Made by a program: the position numbers and the translations under genes. Of a stretch of DNA of 64,000 bases, positions 36,255 through 51,400 are shown in pieces. The first letter of the stretch is position 1, and each line of letters starts with the position of its first letter. Below the pieces are notes generated by a model. The model saw only the letters and a program-made list of their open reading frames with translations, had not been told where the DNA came from and searched no databases. Source of the stretch: Geosiphon pyriformis uo1 (taxonomy: Eukaryota > Fungi > Glomeromycota); the NCBI GenBank assembly GCA_016748015.1, contig JAAOMT010000400.1:310001-374000 (forward strand), written 5' to 3'.

Positions 36255-36961
36255 ATGATTATTGCTTGAAATATTCAACAAATATCCCAAAAGTTAATGT
36301 TAGCCTTGAAAACACTTCCTGACTTATCCATAACAATTAATCGAAGTCAAATTAATTATATTTAGAAAAAAACCACAGCCCCAGTAGTAAATCATCCACA
36401 GAACTATCACCCCTATAGAAAAAAACAAAAAGTCACTCTGAAAATAGGTTACTAAGACTTTTGAAGCAAGCACTAAAAGAAAATCTTTTAATTGCCCCTA
36501 TTGACATTTCACCAAATGCTACAATGCAACAAAAACTTCTACTACTTCTCAATGAACAGAACAATGAACACACCCCTATCTATAAATACTTTCACATTGA
36601 AAAGACACTTTATGAACAAAAACTGGAACTTGAAGCAACAAATTTTACTCCTGAAGCTATACAAAAACAAATTCACAATGAATTTAAAACAGCAGCTGGA
36701 CCAACAAACACTTGCTACAAACTTAGAACAGCTTTTAGACTTTATGATTTGTTTAATACTTGTGAAAATATTCTACAAAATCCAATACTGCAACCAATGA
36801 AAATCCAATATATTGGCAAACTCACAAAACTAAAATTTCAACAATTTTCAGACCAGATTACTTCAATTATTTTGGATTACTATCTCAATATCACAGATAG
36901 TGCTTGGACTTTGACAGAGCTCAGTTTTGAGGAGGAGATTATGTTACCAGTAGAATTTTAG
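36255..36961 (+). pseudogene. A ORF3, unknown function, frameshifted; runs through the PPT into the LTR
   Basis: ATG at 36255 (MIIA*NIQQISQKL…LSITINRSQINY). C-terminal ORF 36461-36961 is homologous to E ORF3. Confidence 0.72.
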
Positions 36962-37904
36962 CTATTAATTAGCATGAAATTACTCTTATAATTTCTATAA
37001 ATTAATTAGTATATTAATATTATTTCAAATTATTACTTATTATTTAATCAATTATTACATATCACAATTTAATTAAATAATCCAATTAGTATGACAGAAA
37101 GTAAAATGATTAAATTACACAATACCCTGAACTTTGTAACATTCTAAAATTCACCGAAATTTACAGAAATTCGCCGAAATTATGAATAGTTTACCCAAAT
37201 TAATCAATAGTTCAGTGAAATAACTTGTAATTCATCAAAATGTATCTTTAGTTCACTGAAATTTGATCAAAAAGAAAAAGTGCAAGTCCATAGACTAGTA
37301 CTACAACAAGTTGTATAAAAGAAGAGCTTTTCTTTTCAAGAAAATGTATCTTACTTTAGATTTATCACTTAGAACCATTCCTACACACAAAAAAAAGAAA
37401 TAAATATCAAATAATTCGAAAAACCAAATTCTTTAATTATTGCACTTGGAACATCCCCAAAACCCAACTAGCATTTTGAAATTGATTAGCTACCAATTTC
37501 AGTAAACTGTTAGTGACTCCAGGCCTGGATAGAAAACGTTTCCCTTAACAAAATTCTATTTCTTTTACATTTCTTTTATTTTCTTATTATAATCATTAAG
37601 ATAGTCTACAGACAAGATTCCTGTAGAAGAGTTAACTTTCACAGCAAAGTAACTACACATTTTTAGTGAGCTTCCAGATGAGCAATTCCTGGGAAAAAGT
37701 TGACATTTACTACAATGTAACTACATAAAGTAACTGGCAAGGAATTGGTCATTCTACTTATAAGCCCAGCAAGTTCAAATTATAGAAGATAATTTGAAAA
37801 TAAATTCAGTTACTGGAGGTCCAACTACTTCCTGGAAACGTGAATTCACAGCAAATCAATATTAACAACATTCAAGAAAAAAGACCAAAAAACCTCCAGT
37901 AACA
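36942..37904 (+). repeat. 3' LTR of A
   Basis: Matches 17402-18395 and is followed by TSD ATGT. Confidence 0.95.
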
Positions 37905-38755
37905 ATGTAGAGATAATTGCTTGGAGTTTTTTTTCTTTTTTTCTTTTCTTTCTATATAAGTACTAGTAATAAATTGTTGTGGTCAGTGTTAGTTTATAAG
38001 ACTTAATAGGCTTCTCAGGTAGATTTTTTTTCTTTTTTTAAAATTTGATTAGTGGTGGCAGTTAAGTAGTATTTGTCCTAAAATAGCCATAAGTGGCAAG
38101 TACCTAAATTTGCTGGTTATTTTGACTAAATTAGAACTTTTATATGGTTCAATCAAAAATGACATTGGTCTTAAATAACCAGTCATTACCAACTAATATT
38201 TGGTATTGTGTGGCTTTCATAATAAGAACTTTTATAAGTATGATGATGCTATTGACTTCAAAAAAAAAGTTATCAATTTCACCAATAGGTGTTTTTGTCA
38301 CTCTATTGGTGGTAATAATTCTGGTACTGGCAGCATAATCAATTTGGTGACCTAATTTGTTCATAAGTTGTTATGTAATAATATTGTCTGCTAAACTACT
38401 ATCAAGAATAAGCTTGATAGGATAGCCATTAACTTTGGCATCAGTATACATAACAGTAATAAGTTTAATATTAAAAGTGATTTTACTAAATAGTAGTATA
38501 ATGATTGATTTTTCTATTTTGAAAAAAAATATAGTTGTAAGTAACTTGTTTTTAGTAACTATTGCTGATAGAATATTATTGGTGAGTAAGTAGTTACTGG
38601 ATTCTAGATTATGGAATGTGGTATTTACTGGAATAACCAAAAGGCTTAAATAGTTCTGTATATTCAGGTTTTGGACATAGTGATTTTCTGGATTTCTGAA
38701 AATTGGTTGCTGTGATTCCAAAAGTTGGTTTGAGAAACTGAAGATCAGTTAGTGT

Positions 38756-39585
38756 TGTTACTCATAAAAAGAAAAAACAGATATAGAAAATAGTAGACCA
38801 ATAGGAAAGTAATAGTCAGCACATAAGCATATTGCTTAGTAATATAGAGCAATATCAGAAATCACAGCATATTGCTCAGCAATGTAGAGCAATGTTAGAA
38901 AATTAGGGCACATTGCTCAAGAAATTATAGCACATTGCTCGAGAATGTGAGTAATCTCATAGAATATTAATTATGTATATATATAGCAGTAGTATTAAAA
39001 GAAGAAAAGACAGATCTTTCAGTTTAGATTTGATTTAAGCAACCTTCTATTCACAAATATCAATAAATAATTATTCACTATCTTAATCTACTTTCTACTA
39101 TCAATATAAAGTGTTAATAGTAATTGATACTTAACTACACTGGAACAATAGCTCTTGATTATGGCTATTAACAAGATACTAGCACTTATTGCCTTGGCTT
39201 GTTTCTTTATTTCTTTTTATTTTTTTTGTTATTTTTTTTTGTTTTACTAATTGATTAAAGAGAAAAAGCACTGAATTATTAACATCAAGAATAATCTGGT
39301 AAAAAACTCCAAAGAAAGAGTATAATATTGAGAATTTAAGAATAGTTTATTAGAAAAGCATTTTTGCTAGATTACTGATTACTATGCTGAAAAAGAAATT
39401 GGACAAAATTGCAATTCTGGGAGATTACTGAAATAACTATTGAATCTCTGTTTATTATACAAAAAACTTCACAACAAAACCTTCAGATCAACCAAAACTT
39501 TTAGATATTAACATCATTATATCAATTAAGCACCAAGTTATAAGTTTGTTATTTGCTTTGAGACCCCAAGTAATTACTTGTAATA
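38756..39585 (+). repeat. 5' LTR of D
   Basis: Collinear with 55393-56222. U3 carries GCACATTGCT-type tandem units. Confidence 0.93.
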
Positions 39586-39647
39586 TTTGGTACTTCTTGT
39601 AAGATATAATCTTACAAAGAACCAGTACCAACAACAATCATTCAAAA

Positions 39648-42600
39648 GTGGCAGAATCAGAAATAATAAGAACAAACCATTTAGAATTTGCTAAATTCTT
39701 ATTTTAATAATACAGCAAACAATTAGGCTTAACCAACAACCATTATCCAGCAGAATCAGCTTTTAATTTTTACATCAATAAAAGAATCACAGATTTTCTG
39801 AAAAGACCAGTTGACATTGAATCAGCAAGAAAAAATTTCTATACAGATTTAATTCAACACACCAGCCTATTATGAAATCACAGTTTTGCACCAATTATCA
39901 AAGAAATTAATCAAGAAATTAAAAGATACACTTAACAACAATTTCCTATCACCTATGTAGATAAAGGTAAAGAAAAGTTACAAACACCAGTAGCAACTCC
40001 AAAAAAAATACAATTACTAATGTAGAAGAAGCAAAGAATTGAATCTTTCCTACATCCATCATATTATCATATACCTGGAAGTACCATTAACATCTCATTA
40101 GCAGGCACGTCTACATCAAATGCGACATTAGCATTTGGACAACTCTTATTTCAAAGTAAACAAAAGAAAGCAGAATTATTAGGAACTTATGGCAATTACT
40201 TTGAAAGATTTAAATTGCAATCACCAATATCATCAGGATTTTGATCACCACCACCCCAACCAAATTTTGAAATAGCTGATCTGTGAGAGATAATGGCATC
40301 AGAAGAAAAGGATAAAGAGGATCAAGAATTTAATTATTAAAACCTGATTTCAAAAAACCCAGAAATTGAAAAACTGAACAATTTAAACTCCAATAATATT
40401 AATTAGCAAAATCAGAATAATCAAAACCCCAATTTAATTAATTAGCTGAACTTATCTCCAGAAATTGGCATCAATTAGCCATTCATTGAACTGATTTAGC
40501 AACCATTTTAACAACCTCACTTATTACCAGTACAACAATTACAACCAATTATGCAAATAACATATGTATCAATTATAAAACTTGAAAAATTCATGGGCAA
40601 AGAAAATAACACTTAAGTATGGCTCAATAATATGGAAAAAGCCATCGCAGCTAATGGATAGAATAATGTCCAAGTCATACAAGCCATTCCATATTTTTTT
40701 TAAAATACTATCAACTCTTGATATCAAAGCTTGGCTAACAAACCCCAAGATTTCAATACATTCAAGCTTGTATTTCTGCAATATTTCAGCAATAATAATA
40801 ACATCAATCAATTGGTTAACACTTTTACCACCATCAAGCAAGAAAAAAATAAAGCAATCACTACTTATTTAGAACATTTCTACAGAAATCTGCACCAAAT
40901 TCAGGCCATACAGGCTGATTATTTTACAGTGCCACAAATTCTAAATCAATTCATTAGAGGCCTGCACAATAGCATCCTCCAACATGTACATCTAATGCAT
41001 CCAGCAGATCTTCAAGCTGCAGTTACAAATGTCAGAAATTTTGAAACAGCTAAACTTCAAGCCAATCATGTCCAAACTGTAAATTTAGTGATGAATAGAT
41101 CATCTGACTTGGATTCCAAATTGAAGCAATTCAGTAAATCAATCAATCAGAAATTAGAGAAATACTTAGCTAACAACAATTAGGCAATTTATCAATCTCT
41201 TCAATGATGCAATAATCAAGGAAACTCTAATTATACCCAAAATCAACCATGTTCAGCATCAGCAACCAATCATTAGTGGCAGCAGAAAATGCATATATGC
41301 CACTATTGTAGTAAACAAAGACATTTGCAATTTGAATATCAAAAAAAAATAAGTGATCTAAGATCAATTAATCAGTATTGAAACTCTGATTACTAAATAC
41401 AAACTCAGAATTACATCAGTAATCAATTACCAGAACAATACCAACTTCAATTACATTACTCTCTGGTGATACAGCCAATTTATCAAATCCCAATGATGCA
41501 GCAATTATACTCACCTCCAGTATATCAGTCTCTAGCATTAATCTATTAACTGACAACACCCATAATCTATCAACCACCATAGCCACAAGTAATTTATCAG
41601 ACACTGACAATTTTAAACCCAAACTCAGCTTAAATAACATCAGAAAATTCCAGATTCAGAGTTATTCAAAGCTGGAGATTGGTAATGGTTGTTCACCAAC
41701 TGATTCTCAGCTTCTTAAACCAGCCATCAAAATCATAACAGTAGAGTTCAGGAAACAAGTATACCCAAAACCCAAGTTTCCAGAACTATTTAAGTCTCCT
41801 AATAATTTCAGAAGATGCCTTATCCAACAACACAGAACCCAACCAAAAACAACCACCTACTAGCAACATACCTCCAGCCACTGTGACCAATGACAAATTA
41901 CTTGCAGCTATCTTTCTGTTCAAACTTGAGGAACTGACATCCATGCTCTTGTTCAGTGGAGCCATGCTTAAAGAAAAACCAATCACCACTATGTACACAA
42001 ATATTAAAGTGAATGGTCATCTCATCAAACTGATCCTAAATAGTAAATTAGCTGGCAGTATTATCACAAGACAACTCAATTAGGTTACCAAGTTGATTGT
42101 GCTGTCAGTGCTAGGATAATAATAGCTGATAGAGTGACCAAAACCCTTATTGGTGAGATTGATAACTTCCCATTTGAAGTCAATGATATTATTACATCCA
42201 TCAAGGTTTTGGTAATAAAAGCTATGCAGTATCAAGCACTAGTTGGTAATGACTAACTAGTTAAAACCAATTCTGTGCTCAACTGGAACATACAGAAACT
42301 ACAGCTCAGTCAGGATGACTATGTGTAACCATTTCAAACCAAACAACACCATATTAGCACCACTAATCAAATTTGAGAAAGAAAAAAAGAAACCCACCTG
42401 AGAAGTTTACCAAGTCTCATGGGCCAATGAAGACCATAATGAGCTACTACCAATACTCTTTTGAGATGACAATAAGAAAAAAAAGCAAAAAAAAGAACTT
42501 ACCTGGAATTTTGACCAAAGTTTGAGGAACTAACAATGACCAAGAAGAGCTAATAACTTAAGAGAGGAAAAAAAGTAATAAGGGAAAAGAAAAAGAGAAG

Positions 42601-45600
42601 AAGAAAGAAACAACATTCACCAACACCACTACTTATAATTCCTACACATATACTACACTACAATGATCTACCTATTACCAACTAAAACTCATATGCATTG
42701 ATTGTAACAAGAAATTGTTGTTGATGAGTGCATGTTGTAATAACAACAACAAAAAATACTCCATTGCAACAAAATTTTACTGTCACTTATGCATCATAGA
42801 ATGCTTTAGATGACCAAAACAGCAAGAAAAATAGGACAATGAACTATGTCTTGTATGTGGAACTATTTTGTCTGATAAAGAAATATGGAATAACATTCCT
42901 GAGTATAGAAAAATGTGCAACAAAATGTGCCAGTATATGATTCTAATTAATGACTGGGTATGCAAGGAAATACCAATTAACAATGTTTGGAAATGAGCAT
43001 TGCAATGATTAGAAAGATATCCCCACAACAAACATGAAATCTGGAAAATGGCAAGTGCAAAAGCAGAAGGCGTGACAACCAGTGAACTATTGGAAATCAA
43101 AAATAACTCTCTATCTCTTTCTGAATCTAAATACGTCCAAACTTTTGACATCTTTGGCAACATTGAAGACAATTTGGAAGAATTCCACGAACACTACTAG
43201 TAATTAGCACTCACTAGAGAAAAACAAGAGCAGTATTTAGAGTAGTTGAATACTCGATTATGTCAACATTGTTTAATTCTATGTGACTTCCAATATTGTA
43301 ATGAGTGTGACTTTATTTACAATTCACTACCATGTATGATTTACATAATTCCAGAGAAAGATAAACTAATCAGTAGCTGCACATCAGAATCAAAATCAAC
43401 TTTCAATCCCAATTCAAACTTTGACAATGATAATGACAAAAATAATAGTTTCAGCTCCATTTAAAATGGCAATGAAAATTACAATGATTTGAACTCCAAT
43501 TTAAATCCTAAACAATACATTGTGCTCTCTGACCTCTCCAAGAAGCAGGAACTAAAATGGTTTAGCAACAATGATAAGAGTATTATGCCAGAACATGTGT
43601 ATAATATTGATGTAGGGTTTGATCTGAGATATCCGAGAAAAGATGCCATTAAATTGAAACCACATTTGCACACCTATATTGATCTTAAAATAGCATTGGA
43701 AATTTTAGCAACAACAATAGTTCAATTAGCATTTAGAAGTAGTTTAGCAAAAAAGGAAATTAACATCAAAGAAAGAATAATTGATGCAGGATATGTAAAA
43801 AATATTATTGCAATGCTACAAAATAATTCAGAAAAGACTTACATTATAGAGCCAAATAAAAGATAGCACAGGCAATATTCCTGCTTCTGGTCAAAATAGC
43901 TTAATTAATATTAATGGGAAACAGAGAAAAATTAGAGATTACAGCTAAAAAAATACAGAGTTTCGGATCCATGAGTAAAATAAATATACCAGTTAATATG
44001 GCAAAGGAAAAAATTATTGACAAAAAAGAAATTATCTCCACTTATTAATTAATTTCTATTCCACCATATGACCAGTACATGTTAACTATAGAGAGAAAGA
44101 TGAAAGATCAAGTTTAGATGTTTAAAGCAGAAACAATTATTTGTGAATCAGGAGAGATTAGATTTATTAATCTTTACATAATAGCCAAAAGCTGCAAACA
44201 CACCAAAATTTCCATCTACAATACAATGGGACATGTTATCAAGATACCAAAAGAGACCACAATCAGATACTTAAACACTGAAATCGAAAATCAATCACCA
44301 AACACCATTCCAGACTTTCCACAACTTTGTGAATATGTGGATATCACATTACAAACAATATACAGACAAGAAAAATGTTATCTACTTCAACCAAAACAAT
44401 TGGAACAGATAAATTTGGAAAATTTAGACCCATTTCAATATATGCAGCTTAAGATATTACTCAACAATTTTAACAACATCTTTGCCAGCAAAAACAAATT
44501 TGGCCATACTGATATCATCCAGCATCAAATTAAGACTGAAAATACAATATCAATCAAACAAAGAGCATACAGAATACCACCAGCCAGTCATAAGATCATT
44601 TGTCAAGAAATCAATTGAATGCTTGACAACAGGTTAATTCAACCATCAATGAATCCATAGTTGTTATCAGTGATATTAGTCCATAAGAAAAATGGAAAAA
44701 TCTGTTTTTGTGTAGATTACTGGAAACTGAATGGAGTAACAAAAAGAAATAACTACCCAACTCCAAAGATCCAAGATCTGTTCGATGCTTTTGGAGAAAA
44801 AAAATGGTTTTCAATATTGGACTTAGACAGTGGTTATTGGCAGGTAGCCATAAAACCAGAAGATAAAGAGAAAACAGCTTCTACAACACAAGAAGAGAAT
44901 TTTAAATTCGAAGTAATGCCATTTGGCTTAATGAATGCTCCCATCACATTTTAATGACTCATGAAAATTGTCTATACTAGACTGCTATGGAAATTAGTAG
45001 TTGTATATTTGGATAACACCAATGTGTTCTCCAAAATATTTAATGATCATCTACATATTTTCAACAAGTATTTGAAAGACTCAAACAAGCAGAATTGAAA
45101 TTAAATGCCAACAAATGCTTCTTTGGCAAAACAGAACTCAAGTTTTTGGAACATGTTGTAAGTAAAGACAGTATCAAAACAGATTCAGACAAAATTGAGA
45201 TTGTTAAGAACTTTCCAATACCAAATAATCTCATAGAATTAAAAGCATTCTTGGGATTTGCTGAATACTACTGCTGCTTTATTAAAGACTTTTCTAAAAT
45301 AGCTCAACTATTACACCAATTCCAAACAAAGAACACCAAATATGAATGAACAGAAACACAGCAAAAAGCTTTTGATACATTAAGAAAAAAGCTTATTCAA
45401 ACTTCAGTACTAATCTATTCAGATTATAGCAAGCCATTCATAATCACAACTGATGCATCTGGTCAAGCATTAAGAGTGGTACTATCTTAAAAAAGACCAA
45501 ATAGATGAGAACACCCAATAGCTTACACCAGTAGAAGCTTAAGTTCAGCTGAAAAAAACTATGAAACTTTAGCACTAAACCACTTAGCTATCTATTGGGC

Positions 45601-45807
45601 TGTTATCAAATGAAAAAATACTTGAGTCAAAAATTTGATGTGTATACTGATTATAAAAGATTGACTTCAATCCAGAAGCAAGAATTTGCAGATGATCATT
45701 ATGCCAGATAGAAAATAGAGCTTTCATCATTTAATTATATGATACATTACAAAAAAGGAAAAGAAAAAGAAAATGCCAATGAACTGTCACAAATAAGACA
45801 AATTTAA
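39648..45807 (+). pseudogene. gag-pol: D gag-PR-Cys-dUTPase-RT-RNaseH polyprotein, decayed
   Basis: Gag 40731-41183, protease 41883-42083, Cys cluster 43246-43464, dUTPase VGFDL…IIDAGY (43489-43866), RT 44661-45349, stop at 45807. Confidence 0.88.
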
Positions 45808-45847
45808 AAACATTTCAACCCAAAAATATAACAAAAGATGAATATAC

Positions 45848-46468
45848 TGTTATGGATTAGAGTAACAAACTAATGGATAGCAAGGGAGAACAGGATTGTA
45901 AAGTAATAGAAATAATTAAAGAGAATTCAACTTTAAAGAGCGAATTGAATAAGTATAGATTCAATGTGTAAGATCAGTCTTATAAAATATCTCAGTCACT
46001 ATTTTTTTCAAAAAAAGGTAACTGAGGAATCTAAAGATAGAGGGATAGTCTATACTGTCAACAAATGATTACACTTGGTATAATTCTATGCTTCACATTA
46101 GTGCTCTTAAAATTTAATATCAAGTATTAAATGTGCTCTTCAGTCATATTTTATTCAATAATCTTCAAATGTTACACTTATACATTTCAGAAAAAGGGTA
46201 AAAATTAACCAACAAGTAATTTTTTATCTCAAGATGCTTGGATACTTAAAGGTAAGGAAAGGAAAATTAGCAATAAGAGAATAATTGAGATGAAAGTTGT
46301 TATTTTATTTATTCTTAATTATTTTGAACATGCTTTTCTATAGCTAAAAGATTTATCACTTATATAGCTGTCAAAAGTGGTCAATGATTAGGTCAATGAT
46401 CACTATCTAAAAATAGAGTGGCTAATACATGTGATAATTAATAAGAAGTATAAGTTTCAACCATAACA
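45848..46468 (-). repeat. 3' LTR of F
   Basis: Collinear with 52684-53350 but 46 bp shorter. Confidence 0.92.
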
Positions 46469-47094
46469 TCTTCTTCTTCAAAGAGATTGAGCTCCAACAA
46501 AACCAGGCTATTCATAAGATAATCTATTTGAAGAGTTTTATCTAACTCAAAGCTAACTAGTTTGTTAAAGTCTTTTGTAAATAAGGTATATAACACTTGA
46601 AGCGAAATAAGTTTTGTATTTAAGAGACCAAATCTTTGTATTAGAGTTTTGGCTCTTCTAACAATAGTTAAAACTCTTGGGATATTTAACTGTATAATAC
46701 TTAAAATTTCTGCCTGTATCTTTGAAATTGTTTTTTTCATGAGTTTTATATTTTCTATAATTTCACCAAAGTGATCATAGAGTTTTAATTGTTTTCCATA
46801 TAACAAGTTTTTGTCTATGAGTAAGATTTCTTGAAGTGTTTTTCCAATTGTGCTGGAAAGTGGAAGTATAGCTGCTATTATACTTTCTAACAAATATTTA
46901 TCCATTTTGCTACCAATTTTTTCTTTTTTGGTAGTAGTTTTTTTTGGTCTAATAACAGTATGTGTTTTATTGTTATCAGTTATGGTGGTTTGTTTTCCAA
47001 TAGTCAAAGTAGCATTTGGATAGTTTTTGATCTAATACTCATAGAGAGTATAGAAAACATTTTGAATGTTTTGATCCAGAAAATAATTGTTCAT
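46438..47094 (-). pseudogene. F ORF3, unknown function; ends inside the 3' LTR
   Basis: ORF 46438-47007 plus upstream in-frame sequence. Same position as the other ORF3s, with weak N-terminal similarity (DQNIQN…LTIG). The start is uncertain. Confidence 0.6.
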
Positions 47095-47135
47095 GTTGAT
47101 TAAAGATACTTCTGTTTTGGGAATGATGCATTTAT

Positions 47136-48362
47136 TTATACTTGATTTTTGCTGATCAATTGAGTCGGTATTACCACAACAGACAGCCAATTAGGTCGTT
47201 TATAATATTTTTTAAGTCGTGTACCATAAACATAATGATCATTGAAGATTGTTCTGGATTGATCTTGAAGAATATAAGAACCATTGTTTAAAACTTTGTT
47301 GACTATAAAGAGTTTTTTTTATTGGCTAGAAAATTTATTATCATAAACATTGTTTCTGTTAGAATGGTATTCTATTTATGCTTTTATCAAGGAGTTAAGA
47401 ATAGTACCAAGTCTTTTTTGCAAAATGTCTTTGTAATTTCTTATTGTGATCTTTTCAAAGAGTATTGTCTCAATATCAGTTTCTATTGGTAGTATTGTCA
47501 TGTGTTTATAGAGCAGATAAAAAGGTTCATAACTTGTTATGTCATGATTCACAGTTCTATAAGCAAACAAAGCTGAAAGCAGTACTTTGTTTCATAAGTT
47601 TGTTTCTTTACTGGTTTTGGCTAAGGTTTTACATAGTGTTCTATTGAAACATTCTATTAGGCCATTTGTTTGGAGGTCATAAGGAGAGGAAAGTTTATAA
47701 TGTATTCCCATTTTTCTACAAAGTTCTTCAACCAGTGTACTGAGAAAAGCTCTTTTTCTATCAGATAAAAGTTCTTTAGGGCAGTCATAATGACAAATAA
47801 TATCTTCATAAATGAAATTGGCTATTAAGACTGCTGTTTGATTTGGAGTGGCTCTTGCTTCTACTTATTTTGTAAGATAGTCAGTAACTGTAATAATGTA
47901 TTTGTTATTATTAGGAGTTATTGTTAAAAGTCCAACAACATTTATACCAATTCTGTCAAATGATTGACCAACAGAGATTGGATGGATATCTTCTTTGTGA
48001 TTGGGTTTGCCTCTTCTTTGGCAGATGTCACAGGTTTTAATGTATTCAGCAATATCTTTTCTCAAGATAGGCCAATAATAGCGAGCTAAGGTTTTTTGAA
48101 TTGTTTTTGTTTTTCCAAAGTGTCTAGCTAATGGATCAGTGGGTATGTTGTATATTACAATTTCTCTTTCTTTAAATCTGATAACTTTTTAAAGATGGTT
48201 AGGATCTTTTCTATTTCTTTTATATAATTGGTTCTGGTGAATTAAATAGAAATTTGATTGTTTATGCAAATGTTCTCTTTGCTGTTAAGTGTATTCTAGT
48301 GGGTATTGTCCTTTATTCAAAAATTCTATTAAGACAGAGTAATTGTCTAAGTCTATTATCAT
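47136..48362 (-). pseudogene. F integrase (separate ORF)
   Basis: ATG at 48362 (MIIDLDNYSVL). Motifs CDICQRRG, IGINVVG and QTNGLIE; fragments 47865-48065 and 47376-47570. Confidence 0.85.
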
Positions 48363-48421
48363 GTTTGTTTGTGAAGAAGTTACTAATAATTAAGTTGGTT
48401 TAAGTTTGAGAGGTTGTACTG

Positions 48422-51400
48422 TTACTGAATAGTAAGTCTAAAGAGAGCGTTGGCATTTTAATGATTTGCTTCTTTGCAGTGTTGAATATTATAATTGAAT
48501 TCATCTAAGTGGAGTATTCAGTGAGTTATTTGTTTGTGTTCCAGTTTCTTTTTATTGTGCAGCCAAACCAAGGCTTAATGATTTGTACTACTAAGAATTT
48601 TGCACCAAGAAAATATTGATTCCAGTAGCTAGTAGTCCAAACTACTGCTAAGCATTCCTGTTCAGTAACTGAATAGTTTTTTTCTGCTGGTATAAGAGAT
48701 CTACTGACATATGCTATGGCATGTTCTCTGCCATTTTTATTTTTTTGTGAAAAGACAGCACCAAGTTCATAGCCAGATGTATCAGTGTGAAGGATGAAAG
48801 ATTGGTCCAGATCAGATTGCTTGAGAATTGGTTTAGTTACAAGTTTTTTCTTCAGAATTTCAAAAGCTTTTTGTTAATAAGTGCTTCAATAATAATTGAT
48901 ATTTTTCCTGAGTAGCTGATTGAGAGGAAAGGCAATTTTGGAGAAATCCTTGATAAATTTGCGATAATAAGAGACCAAACCAAGGAAAGAACATAGTTTA
49001 GAAACATTTATTGGTTGTTTAATGTTCTGAACTTTTTCAACTTTAGCTGGGTCAGGAAACATTCCATTTTTTGTAATAAAATAACCAAGGAACTGGATGA
49101 ATTGGCATCCAAAGAAAGATTTGATTGGGTTGATCTTAAGACCAGCATTTCTGAACAGGTCAAAAACTTTCTGTAAATGTTTAAGGTGTTCATTCCAGAT
49201 TTTTGAATATACTATTATGTTGTCCAAATAAATCAGAACAAAGTTTTCTTTTATTGATTCAAACACTTTATCCATTAGGCACTAAAAAGTAGAAAGAGCA
49301 TTGATAAAACCAAAAGACATAACTGTAAATTCATAGATGCCATATTTGGTAATAAAGGCAGTTTTCTTTCTGCTTTCTGGATCTATCTCTACTTGCCAGA
49401 ATTCAGCAGTTAAGTCAATGGTTGAGAAGAAAGCAGCACTATTGAATTTATCTAACATTGTATCAATTTTGGAAAATGGATACATGTCTTTTACAGTGAT
49501 GGCATTTAATTGGTAATAGTCAACACAAAAGCATAGGGTTCCATCTTTTTTGGATACCACTACAACTGGGAAAGCCCATTTACTCTTGGTTTCTTGTATA
49601 AATCCAAGATCTTTTATCTGGTTTATCTCTTTTTTAATAAACTCATCATTATGTTAATTGGATTAATAAGACTTCAAATAGATGAAGTGAATTTTTTTTG
49701 TAGTAATGGTGTGTTATATCACATGGGTTTGTTCAGAGTGTCACCTTCTTTTGAAATAACTGGGCTATTCTTAGCCAACAGATTTTCAATGTCTACTTTT
49801 TTTTCTTCAAAGAAAGGTTTTTTTTGTTCTATAACTAGTGATTGGATTTCAGGTGGTTCACTTTTAAAGGACTTTTGTACTTCTTTTAGTTCTTCTCTGG
49901 ATATCAAACTAATTGGCTTCTAATCTTTGTAATAGATTAGACAGGACTTGTATTTATTACTAAGAGAATACAAAGGTTTATCACACCAGCACTTGGCACA
50001 AAGACCATGCCACCAATAGCTGTATTTGGCTTTCTTGCCAGGTTTTCTATCAAAGGTTTTTCTGAAGATGTCATAGTAAGGCCAGCAGATCAGCTTGCCA
50101 TTTATCATGATTCCTTCTTTGTTAGTTTTAACATTGTTCAGTGGCTTGCCATTGCTGGTGAAGATGGTATAGGTAAGTTCAGTAGTTTCTTCTTGTTTTT
50201 CTTGATCTTCTTCATCATCACTTTCATTATCATCTGATTTATCTGATTGTTCTTTTTCTTGGTTTTGTTTAGTTACTGGAAAAGTTGTTCAATGATGGCA
50301 TTTAACCATAATGGGTTTCTCATCACATCTGATGGTTAGCTCGCAAAGTTTATAGTCAAGTAATGCTTTGGCTTTCTTAAGCCACTCATTACCAACAATG
50401 ATAGTATACTCTTTTGCTTTAGATACTTCCATGTCTGTTTTGATGCTGATACCATTAATGTGAACAGAAACAGCTTTGGCTATACCCAGATTTTTCTTTT
50501 TGTTACCATGTATATTGGTCATAAGCTGGGTGGAAGATTCATCAATCTTTCTTTCAATAGCTTCCAAAAAGTGTTTGGCAATTACACTGACAGATGATCT
50601 ACTGTCTAGGATTAAATCAATGAAGTAGCCAGCCACTTGGGCTTTACAAATCAGAGGAGTAACATTGCTGTTGTTAGCAAATCCAGCTTGACGAGAGCAC
50701 TTGTTGGTTTTTGGTGTCTTTTTCTTTGGTATTAAGAATTTGTGAAGATCTTTTCTAAACTGTGAATGGGTCATTAGTTAGCCAAATGTAATGTGTACTG
50801 GGGTTTTTATAAGATCTTTAACAACAAAATAGGGGCCAGATTTTTGTACTATTTCTGAAGGTTCCAACTTTGGAGAATTTTTAAAAACTTTAACTTTTGG
50901 TGGCTCATTGTTGTCAGCAGCAGAAGTTGAGACTTTGTTGGAATTTAGAACGAAATCAACCTTGGCTTTTTTCTTTTTTCTTGTTAAGTCAAAGGTGTTA
51001 ATTGCCAGTTTATTCATATTATGATCATTATCTGTTAGATTAAAAGTGTAAAAGAGGTTTTCTTTTGGTTGGCTTGTACTCTCATTCTTTGGAGGTGCAT
51101 CTACTAGTTTAAAGGCTAATAAACAGTGGCTTCAACTAGGAGATTCTCTCCAAAGAAATTAATATTGGCATGATTGGGGCTTTAATTGAGAACATTATTA
51201 TTGTTGGGTCTATTATTCTGAGTGTTATTATTTCTAGAAACTGGAAGAGACAGAGGAGGATTGTTACAATCTCTAAAAAAATGTTCAATTAATCCACAAC
51301 AGTAACACACAGATAGGCCACAATTTTGTTGTCTTTGATATGAGAGTTGCTGGGATTAATTAAAATGGGATTCAAATCTGGGTCTTTGGGATTGTTGATT

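Larger units (their letters stand above)
17402..37904 (+). mobile_element. Full-length Gypsy-like LTR retrotransposon A (contains nested E)
   Basis: LTRs 17402-18395 and 36942-37904 (TGTTA…TAACA), TSD ATGT on both sides, PBS 18398-18413, PPT GAGGAGGAGA at 36929-36938. Confidence 0.95.
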
